NCBI GenBank assembly: GCA_902524865.1
Contig: CABZEV010000001.1
Location: forward strand, 6,278-70,277
Length of the DNA stretch: 64,000 bases
Direction: 5' to 3'
Origin: an uncultured Pelagibacteraceae bacterium
GTDB lineage: Bacteria > Pseudomonadota > Alphaproteobacteria > Pelagibacterales > Pelagibacteraceae
The notes below the pieces were generated by a model. The model did not search any database and was not told where the DNA came from. It was given only the letters and a program-made list of their open reading frames with translations. The position numbers were made by a program, and so were the translations under genes. Below are positions 51,116 through 58,655 of the stretch, one piece after another. Each line of letters opens with the position of its first letter. The first letter of the stretch is position 1.

Positions 51116-52570
51116 ATGAAAAATAATATCAATTGGAATTTTGATAATACATATTCCAAATTGCCTGAGTCATTTAGAGAAAAAATAAATCCAGTAAAAG
51201 TTAAAAATCCTAAACTGATTTTATTAAATGAGTCTTTGGCCAAGAATCTAAATTTAGATTTTTCTGAATTAAGTCAGTCTGAATTATCGGCCATATTTAC
51301 AGGAAACGAATTACCAAAAAATAGTAATTCAATAGCTCAAGCTTATGCAGGTCATCAATTTGGACATTTTACAATGCTTGGTGATGGTAGAGCAGTTTTG
51401 ATTGGAGAACATGTATCTAAAAATAATCATAGATACGATATTCAATTTAAAGGCTCAGGAAAAACTGCTTTTTCAAGAAATGGAGATGGAAGAGCTGCGT
51501 TAGGGCCTATGCTTAGAGAATATTTAATAAGTGAAGCAATGTATGCCTTAAATATACCAACGACGCGAAGTCTGGCTGTCGCAAAAACTGGAGAAAATGT
51601 AATTAGAGAGACACAATTAGAGGGTGCTATACTCACCAGAGTAGCATCAAGCCATATTAGAGTAGGAACTTTTCAGTATATTGCAGCGAGAAATAAAAAA
51701 GGTGAGTTAGAGACATTATTTGAATATGTTATTAAAAGACATTACCCAGAAATTAAAAATTCAAAAAATAAAGCTTTGGATCTTTTAAAAGTTGTTTTAG
51801 ATAAACAGATTGATTTAGTTGTCAATTGGATGAGAGTTGGATTTATTCATGGTGTAATGAATACAGACAATATGAGTATAGCTGGCGAGACCATTGACTA
51901 CGGACCTTGTGCTTTCATGGATATTTATGATCCAAAAACTGTATTTAGTTCGATTGATAAATTAGGAAGATATGCTTATTGCAATCAGCCGATTATAACA
52001 AAATGGAATCTTTCAAGATTTGCTGAGTGCTTGATATCTTTGATTGATAAAGACCAAGACACGGCTGTAAAATTAGCAACTGAAATAATCGATACTTTTG
52101 AAAAAACATATGAGGAAAAGTGGTTAAATATGATGAGTGCTAAGCTAGGCTTACTTGGTACGGATAAAAAAGATAAGTACCTAATTTTAGACTTACTCAC
52201 TTGGATGCATCAAAATAAAGTTGATTACACAAATACATTTTGCCACTTGATGAACTTTAAAATTAAAGAAGATAATATTTATGAAAGTGCTGATTTTAGC
52301 AACTGGAAAAAAAGGTGGCAGGAAAGATCATTAGGTCATGATAATTCAGAGGAAAATTGTAAAAACTTGATGAGAAGTGCAAACCCTCTTTTAATTCCAA
52401 GAAATTATATAGTTGAAAATACTCTAAGAAATGCAGATCAGGGAAATTTAGAACCTTTAGTTAATTTTTTAAAAATTTTAAATAACCCCTATACTGATCA
52501 AAAAGATATCTCTGAATACCAAATATTATCCAGTTCAAATGAAAGTTATCAAACTTTTTGTGGAACCTAA
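51116..52570 (+). CDS. selO: Protein adenylyltransferase SelO (YdiU/UPF0061)
   Basis: YAGHQFG, LGDGRA, KGSG.T.FSR.GDGRA, TTRSL, GFIHGVMNTDN, IDYGP; C-terminal TFCGT. Confidence 0.95.
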   Translation: MKNNINWNFDNTYSKLPESFREKINPVKVKNPKLILLNESLAKNLNLDFSELSQSELSAIFTGNELPKNSNSIAQAYAGHQFGHFTMLGDGRAVLIGEHVSKNNHRYDIQFKGSGKTAFSRNGDGRAALGPMLREYLISEAMYALNIPTTRSLAVAKTGENVIRETQLEGAILTRVASSHIRVGTFQYIAARNKKGELETLFEYVIKRHYPEIKNSKNKALDLLKVVLDKQIDLVVNWMRVGFIHGVMNTDNMSIAGETIDYGPCAFMDIYDPKTVFSSIDKLGRYAYCNQPIITKWNLSRFAECLISLIDKDQDTAVKLATEIIDTFEKTYEEKWLNMMSAKLGLLGTDKKDKYLILDLLTWMHQNKVDYTNTFCHLMNFKIKEDNIYESADFSNWKKRWQERSLGHDNSEENCKNLMRSANPLLIPRNYIVENTLRNADQGNLEPLVNFLKILNNPYTDQKDISEYQILSSSNESYQTFCGT

Positions 52571-53674
52571 TTAAAGAACGTAAGGCTCATGTCTAGCCTG
52601 TTTACCTAAAACTCTTTCTACAGCCATATTTGAAATATCAATTGATTGATAAGCACCTGTCGTAATCAATTCTGTTAATGCTCTACCAATTCCTGGAGCT
52701 TGCATTAATCCTCTTCCTGTGAACCCTGTTGCCAGATAAACATTTTCAAATTTTGGATGTTTTCCAACAACTGCATTGTTATCAAGTCGATTGCAATCAT
52801 AGTATCCAGCCCATCCACCGGTTAATTTTAATTCTTCCATAGCCGGTATTCTATGAGCTAAAGCTGGCCAAACCAGCTCTTCAAAATCATCCCATGCAGG
52901 TTCAAGATCTTTGGCATCAAAGACAGATTTTGGTGAACCAGCTAAATATTCTTTACCTTCAGGTCTCCAATAAACTCCTGTTGTTAGATCTCCTGTTAAT
53001 GGCATTTCAGGAATATGTTTTGGACACTTTACTCTGAAAACAGTATGTTTTTGAGGTTCAACAGGAATATCTTCTAAAAGTTCTTTAGTCCAACATCCAG
53101 CTGCTGAAATAATTGTCTTAGCATTAATTTCCGAGAGAGATTTAACTTCACCCTTAACAAATTCTGCACCAAGATCAATCGCTTTACTTTTTAAAGCACT
53201 ATGAAACATGAAGGGGTCAATCCATCCTTCGCTTTGATTGTCTGTAAAAGTTGCTGTTTCAATTCCTTCACCATTAATATACGGAAAAAAATTATTTAAT
53301 TCAGAGCCTTTGATATTTTTTGTTCCCGCATCACAAGCTTTATGATTTTCGAGCGCTTTGTATTGTTCATCTGCATGCTCAGGTCCAAACATTAATAAAT
53401 AACCATTTGTCACCATACTAGCAGTAGGTTTTGGATTTTTTTCCGTTTTTAATAAACCTGGAATTTGAAAAATAAATTCTCTGGCAAATTTTCCTAACAA
53501 AATATTTTCTTTTTGAAAAAATTGTCTTCTAAAACCACCTAATGATAACGGAAAAGAAGCAGTTTTATAAGTTGGGTCTTTTTCTATAACTTTAACTTTT
53601 CTGCCCTCTTTTGATAAAAAGTAAGCTGTTGCAGCTCCAATTATACCACCCCCAACTATTACAACATCATCCAT
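52571..53674 (-). CDS. FAD-dependent oxidoreductase, DAO/sarcosine-oxidase family (FOXRED1-like)
   Basis: GGGIIG, EKDPTY..AS..S.GG.R.QF, EGWIDP, WAGYYD, GFTGRGLMQAPG.G. Confidence 0.85.
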   Translation of the reverse strand: MDDVVIVGGGIIGAATAYFLSKEGRKVKVIEKDPTYKTASFPLSLGGFRRQFFQKENILLGKFAREFIFQIPGLLKTEKNPKPTASMVTNGYLLMFGPEHADEQYKALENHKACDAGTKNIKGSELNNFFPYINGEGIETATFTDNQSEGWIDPFMFHSALKSKAIDLGAEFVKGEVKSLSEINAKTIISAAGCWTKELLEDIPVEPQKHTVFRVKCPKHIPEMPLTGDLTTGVYWRPEGKEYLAGSPKSVFDAKDLEPAWDDFEELVWPALAHRIPAMEELKLTGGWAGYYDCNRLDNNAVVGKHPKFENVYLATGFTGRGLMQAPGIGRALTELITTGAYQSIDISNMAVERVLGKQARHEPYVL

Positions 53675-54141
53675 TAATTTAATATCAGTAAGTTAATATT
53701 CAGAAATAATGCATAGCAACACCAAAGTAAATAGGGAATCATTAAATAATAACTCACAAAATTGACACGCTTATATCTTATTATTAAAGAAATTATTAAA
53801 CCAATTAAGATTACCAAAACAATTAAAGCAAAAAAAATTTGGTGTAATCCAAAAAAAACGATACTCCAAGTTGTATTAAATATAATATGAATAAAATAAA
53901 TATAAATCGTGTTCATGTCTCTATTTTTACTATGCCAAAAAAACCAAATAGCAACTGTCATCATTAAGTAAAGCGTTGTCCAAACAGGTGCAAATACCCA
54001 GTCAGGTGGGTTAAAATCTGATTTGACTAATTGAGAATACCAAGGGTCTTTTAAATTAATTGTGACTAAACTACCAATAAATGAGGCTGAAAATGTGATA
54101 ATAAAAAAAAGTATGAATGATAAAAATTTATTTTTTAACAT
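53674..54141 (-). CDS. tspO: TspO/MBR tryptophan-rich sensory protein
   Basis: WY..L.K..FNPPDWVFAPVWTTLY, NTTWS.VFFG, IPYLLW. Confidence 0.93.
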   Translation of the reverse strand: MLKNKFLSFILFFIITFSASFIGSLVTINLKDPWYSQLVKSDFNPPDWVFAPVWTTLYLMMTVAIWFFWHSKNRDMNTIYIYFIHIIFNTTWSIVFFGLHQIFFALIVLVILIGLIISLIIRYKRVNFVSYYLMIPYLLWCCYALFLNINLLILN

Positions 54142-54147
54142 TTAAGT

Positions 54148-54153
54148 ATTATA
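54148..54153 (-). promoter_or_regulatory. -10 element of a probable leaderless tspO promoter
   Basis: Minus strand TATAAT-ACTTAA-ATG: perfect -10 hexamer 6 nt before the start codon, no SD. Confidence 0.5.
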
Positions 54154-54165
54154 CATCTTTAGATA

Positions 54166-54927
54166 ATGAATAAAAAAACAATTTGGATCACTGGCGGAAG
54201 TACCGGAATCGGTAAAGCTCTTGCGATAAAATTTGCTAATGAAGGGTGGAATGTTGCTATTTCAGCCAGACGTGAGAATCTTCTTAATGAGATTTCAGAT
54301 AATCATGAAAATATAAGTCCATATCCATTAGATGTGACTAATAAATTAAAATGCAGAGAGGTTTTTGAAAAAATTAAAAATAAATTTGAAAATATAGATA
54401 TTTGTTTTTTTTCCACTGGCACATGGAATCCAAAAAAAGAAAGGGACATTGATGTTGAACAAATTGAGGAAGTGTTCAAAATTAATTTTTTTGGAACATT
54501 GAATACTATCAAAGCAGTTGAAGAATATTTTAAAAATAGAAAAAATGGGACAATTACTATTGTTTCATCAATTGCTGGTTATAGAGGTTTACCTAATTCA
54601 ACCGGATACGGACCCTCAAAATCTGCTCTTAATAATTTAGCAGAGAGTTTATATTTCGATTTTGATCGATCAAATGTGAGAGTGTGCTTGGTATCTCCAG
54701 GTTTTATCAAAACTCCAATGACAGATAAAAATGATTTTAAAATGCCCTTTTTAAAAACTACTGAATATGCTGCTGAAAAAATATATGATGGTTTGGTAAA
54801 TAAAAAAACTTTTGAAATTCATTTTCCAAAATCATTAACTATTGTGCTGAAAATCTTAAGTTTTCTTCCAAGTAAAATTTATTTTGGTTTAGTCGGAAAA
54901 TTAACAAAATATCAAAAGAAAGATTAA
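54166..54927 (+). CDS. Short-chain dehydrogenase/reductase (subfamily linked to cfa/DUF1365 clusters)
   Basis: WITGGSTGIG, SIAGYRGLP, YGPSK, PGFIKTPMTDKNDFKMPF. Confidence 0.88.
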   Translation: MNKKTIWITGGSTGIGKALAIKFANEGWNVAISARRENLLNEISDNHENISPYPLDVTNKLKCREVFEKIKNKFENIDICFFSTGTWNPKKERDIDVEQIEEVFKINFFGTLNTIKAVEEYFKNRKNGTITIVSSIAGYRGLPNSTGYGPSKSALNNLAESLYFDFDRSNVRVCLVSPGFIKTPMTDKNDFKMPFLKTTEYAAEKIYDGLVNKKTFEIHFPKSLTIVLKILSFLPSKIYFGLVGKLTKYQKKD

Positions 54928-55472
54928 TCTTTTACAAATACCACAGTCAATTCAGCGACTTTAAATCCAAATTTAGTCATTGTAGCTCTATTAATTGCTA
55001 CCCGATCATCCTGTTTGAAAATCCAATCATCGAAAGTAATCTTTATTTCTTTACCTTTTACTGGAACTAATAAAACATACTCAAATTTAAATGCTGGACC
55101 ATATGAGTATCCCTTAGCTTTACCAACTACGTCTCCAGCAGTTCCCTCATAATTGTTGTCGTCTATTTTAGTAATTTGCCATTGTCTAGTTTGTACTTCA
55201 CCATCATCCCAATTAAATTTTTCATCAAGAATTAATTGTTTACCATCCCACTTACCGTCTAAATCTGCTGAAAATTGTCTTGTAACTTTCCCAGATCTAT
55301 TCTGAAGAACTCCCCAAGCTTTAACATTGCCTGACAAGTAATTTTCTATGACCAATCTAGGTTCTTTACCTTTAAAATCTTCGGGTTTCATATCGCTATT
55401 ATTTGAGCAGTTTGTAATTAAGAATAAAGAGATTATCAATAAAATTGATCTTAAGTTTATTGTTTTGCTCAC
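54924..55472 (-). CDS. DUF3833-family lipoprotein
   Basis: Lipobox ITNC; AWGV.Q.RSGKV.RQF, L.E.F.WDDGE...R.W, FDDW, KFGFKVAE. Confidence 0.82.
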   Translation of the reverse strand: MSKTINLRSILLIISLFLITNCSNNSDMKPEDFKGKEPRLVIENYLSGNVKAWGVLQNRSGKVTRQFSADLDGKWDGKQLILDEKFNWDDGEVQTRQWQITKIDDNNYEGTAGDVVGKAKGYSYGPAFKFEYVLLVPVKGKEIKITFDDWIFKQDDRVAINRATMTKFGFKVAELTVVFVKD

Positions 55473-55481
55473 AAACCTCCG

Positions 55482-56660
55482 TTATTTATTTTGAATTGAA
55501 AATTGTATCAGATCAATATTTTTTGATTTAAATCCAGCCTCACAATAAGATAGGTAAAACTCCCACATTCTTTTAAAAGTTAAATCAAAACCTTGTTTTT
55601 TAATGAGATCCCATTTTCTATTAAATTCATTTTTCCAAATACCTAATGTATTTGCATAATGATCAGCATATGAGTCGTAAGACTTAATTGTTAAACCATT
55701 TTCTGAAACATATTTATTTAAGCTATTTTTACTTGGCAAAAATCCTCCTGGAAAAATATATTTTTGAATAAAATCTTGTTTCGTTTTATATCTGTCAAAT
55801 AAACTATCATCTATTGTAATTGCTTGAATGGCTGCCTTACCATCTTTAGAGAGGTTTTTCTTAATAATTTTAAAATAACTTTCCAAATAATTTTGCCCTA
55901 CTGCCTCAATCATTTCTATGGATGCTATTGAGTTATATTTGTTCTTTAAATCTCTATAATCTTTTATTTCAATATTTACTTTTTCATTTAAACCACATCT
56001 ATGAATTCTTTTTTTTGCGTATTCGAATTGTTTTTTTGAAATAGTAATACAATCTAATTTTACATCATATTTTTTTCCTAAATATTCTGCAAAACCACCC
56101 CAGCCACATCCGATTTCTAAAACTCTATCGCCATTGTTTGGTTTTATTAAATCTATCATTTTTTGATATTTGTTATTTTGTGCCTCTGAAAGATCTTTAG
56201 TGGTCTCACTAAAAATTCCGCTTGAATAAGTTAAGGTTTCATCAAGCCATAGAGAAAAAAAATCATTTCCTAAGTCATAATGTTTTGCAATATTTTCTTT
56301 ACTTCTATTTTTTGTATTTTTTATAAAGATTCCTTTTAAAAAATTTATAATTGGAAAATCGAGTAAACCTGAAAACTTGTATATGATTTTTATGTTTCGA
56401 GCTGTTATTTCAATTAGATTGGATAAATTATCAGTTTCAAATTCTCCTCTCATGTAAGACTCAGCAAAACCAATGCTGCCACCCTTTATAAGATTAAAAG
56501 AAAAATTTGGTTTTTTAATTTTCAATTTAGTTTTTAAATTATCCTGAGGATTACCAAATTTAAAAACTTCTCCTTGATAATTCGTAATTTCTAAATACCC
56601 TACATTAATTCCAGATAATATGCTAAAAACCAGTTTGTCTGAAAGTCTATTTAAGGACAT
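55482..56660 (-). CDS. Cfa-family SAM-dependent fatty-acid methyltransferase (UfaM/UfaA1-like)
   Basis: HYDLGNDFF, YSSG, LEIGCGWG, IEMIEAVG, IQAIT, FIQKYIFPGG, WEFYLSYCEAGF. Confidence 0.88.
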   Translation of the reverse strand: MSLNRLSDKLVFSILSGINVGYLEITNYQGEVFKFGNPQDNLKTKLKIKKPNFSFNLIKGGSIGFAESYMRGEFETDNLSNLIEITARNIKIIYKFSGLLDFPIINFLKGIFIKNTKNRSKENIAKHYDLGNDFFSLWLDETLTYSSGIFSETTKDLSEAQNNKYQKMIDLIKPNNGDRVLEIGCGWGGFAEYLGKKYDVKLDCITISKKQFEYAKKRIHRCGLNEKVNIEIKDYRDLKNKYNSIASIEMIEAVGQNYLESYFKIIKKNLSKDGKAAIQAITIDDSLFDRYKTKQDFIQKYIFPGGFLPSKNSLNKYVSENGLTIKSYDSYADHYANTLGIWKNEFNRKWDLIKKQGFDLTFKRMWEFYLSYCEAGFKSKNIDLIQFSIQNK

Positions 56661-57418
56661 TAATTTTCAAAAGATATGTTGTTTCTTATTTTTAATTTTT
56701 TTTGAATAAACCTTATTCCTTTGGTCCATAATTTAAACGCTTCAAAATGTACCGCTGCAATAATTTTAAACGTCATTAGGGGATGTTTTAAATAAGATTT
56801 AATTAACTCTGAAGTTGTAAAATCTTTTCTTTTCCCATCTTGAGAGGCATATAATATTTTTTCGTTTAATTGATATTGATCTATGATTACTGAAATCTTA
56901 TCTGCTGGTTTTAAAATTCTAAAAAAATAACTACAATTCATTTCAATGAATGGTGAGACATGAAATTTTTTTTCGCAATTATGTTGCAATAAATTGTCAT
57001 TTTTTACTTTAAAAACATAAGTGTGTTGCTCACCAAAAGTATTTTTGACTTCATATAATATAGATATCAAATCATTATTATTATTGTACACATAAAAAAC
57101 ACTTAATGGATTAAAAACATATCCAAAGATTCTTGGGTAACATAAAAGTTTAATTTTAATATTTTCACTACTAATATTATTTTGTTTAAGATTTTTTTTA
57201 ACCCAATCGATTACAAGTGATCCATCTCTATCTCCATGATCTTTATCAAAAAAACTAATTAAATTAAATTTATTGTATGAAAAAAAATTAATCGTTTTAT
57301 CTAATTTTTCTAATTCGGAAAGATCAATTAAAAGTGAAAATACCCTGTACTTAAAAAAATGTATCTTTGGTCTTAATCTTTTGTGAATTACAGCGCCATT
57401 ATATATACAACTAGTCAT
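56660..57418 (-). CDS. DUF1365-family protein (UfaO-like)
   Basis: H.R..P..H.F.Y, PRIFGYVFNPLS, EVKNTFGEQH.Y, K.FHVSPF, HFEAFKLW.KG. Confidence 0.9.
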   Translation of the reverse strand: MTSCIYNGAVIHKRLRPKIHFFKYRVFSLLIDLSELEKLDKTINFFSYNKFNLISFFDKDHGDRDGSLVIDWVKKNLKQNNISSENIKIKLLCYPRIFGYVFNPLSVFYVYNNNNDLISILYEVKNTFGEQHTYVFKVKNDNLLQHNCEKKFHVSPFIEMNCSYFFRILKPADKISVIIDQYQLNEKILYASQDGKRKDFTTSELIKSYLKHPLMTFKIIAAVHFEAFKLWTKGIRFIQKKLKIRNNISFEN

Positions 57419-58649
57419 TTAGGGTTTTAAGCATTTCAATAGATGATTTTATTCCATCTTCATGAAAACCGTAACCAAAATAACTACCACAATAAAGAAT
57501 ATTTCTTTTATTTTGTAAATTTGTAAGCTGACTTTGAAAATTAAGTGCAGATTGATCAAAATATGGATGTGTAAATCTTACTTTTTTTAAAATTTTCTTC
57601 TCATCAATTTTAAAATAAGGATTTAGGGTAAGAAAAATATTTTCATCACATTTAAGGTTTTGTAATAAATTTAACCAATATGTAATTGAATTTTTTTCTA
57701 TTTCATCCTTTTTGATTGATGAATTCCATGAACACCAAGCTTTTTTATTTTTCGGCATGGCCTCTTCATCGGTATGAATATAAGCAATATTTTCCTTATA
57801 TTTATAATTTGAAAGAACATTCTTTTCCTGGTCGGTTGGATTATCAATTATTGATAAAGCTTCATCTGCATGTGTTGCTAAAACTACTTTATCGTATCCA
57901 AAATATTCGCTTTCTCCACCATAATATAAATCTATTCCTGTTGTTTTAGTTTTAATTTTTTTGATCGGATAATTTTTAAAATGTTCACCACTGATTTTTG
58001 AAATAATGTTTTGAACATAAGTCCTACTTCGATTTGACACTGTGTACCACTGGGGTCTATTTTTTAATTTAAACAAACCATGATTTTGGAAAAACTTTAA
58101 GAAAAATCTTAACGGCATTTGACTAGCAGCACTTGGTGGCATTGACCATATAGCTGAGACCATCGGTATCAAATGATAGTTGATAAACTCTTTTGAAAGT
58201 TTTTCCTTATTCAAATAATCACCAAGTGTATCCTCTTGATCAATTTTTTTTGTATTATCACATTTTTTGTAAAACTTTATTATATCAAAAAACATTTTGA
58301 GGAATCTTAAATTAAACAGATTAGCCTTATTCGAAAAAATTCCATTTAATCCTCTACCGCAATATTCGAAAGAAGATTTTTCAACTGATACAGAAAAAGA
58401 CATATCGCTTTTTTCAATCGCAATATTATTCTCTTCAAAAAAATTGATTAAATTTGGGTAAGTTGCGTAATTAAATACAATAAAACCTATATCAACTGAA
58501 ACTTTTTTTGTACCAAACGATAAATCAATTGTATGAGAGTGACCACCGAAACGATCTTCTTTCTCGAAAAGATCTACATGATGTTTTTTTGACAAGTAAT
58601 ATGCAGCGCTTAATCCTGATACGCCTGAGCCGACAACAGCAATCTTCAT
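57411..58649 (-). CDS. FAD-dependent amine-oxidase-fold protein / fatty-acid desaturase (UfaD-like)
   Basis: GSGVSGL, GGHSHT, VDIGFIVFN..TYPN, SDMSFSV, AIWS, FF.NHGL, W.SWN, GYGFHEDG. Confidence 0.88.
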   Translation of the reverse strand: MKIAVVGSGVSGLSAAYYLSKKHHVDLFEKEDRFGGHSHTIDLSFGTKKVSVDIGFIVFNYATYPNLINFFEENNIAIEKSDMSFSVSVEKSSFEYCGRGLNGIFSNKANLFNLRFLKMFFDIIKFYKKCDNTKKIDQEDTLGDYLNKEKLSKEFINYHLIPMVSAIWSMPPSAASQMPLRFFLKFFQNHGLFKLKNRPQWYTVSNRSRTYVQNIISKISGEHFKNYPIKKIKTKTTGIDLYYGGESEYFGYDKVVLATHADEALSIIDNPTDQEKNVLSNYKYKENIAYIHTDEEAMPKNKKAWCSWNSSIKKDEIEKNSITYWLNLLQNLKCDENIFLTLNPYFKIDEKKILKKVRFTHPYFDQSALNFQSQLTNLQNKRNILYCGSYFGYGFHEDGIKSSIEMLKTLND

Positions 58650-58655
58650 TAATTG

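Noticed and set aside
51116-52570. SelO as a selenoprotein or readthrough
   Set aside because: It ends Cys-Gly-Thr-TAA with no in-frame UGA.
55482-56660. Plain cyclopropane fatty-acid synthase (cfa)
   Set aside because: His-to-Gln at the bicarbonate site and the DUF1365/desaturase context favour a UfaM/UfaA1-type methylase; not excluded without lipid data.
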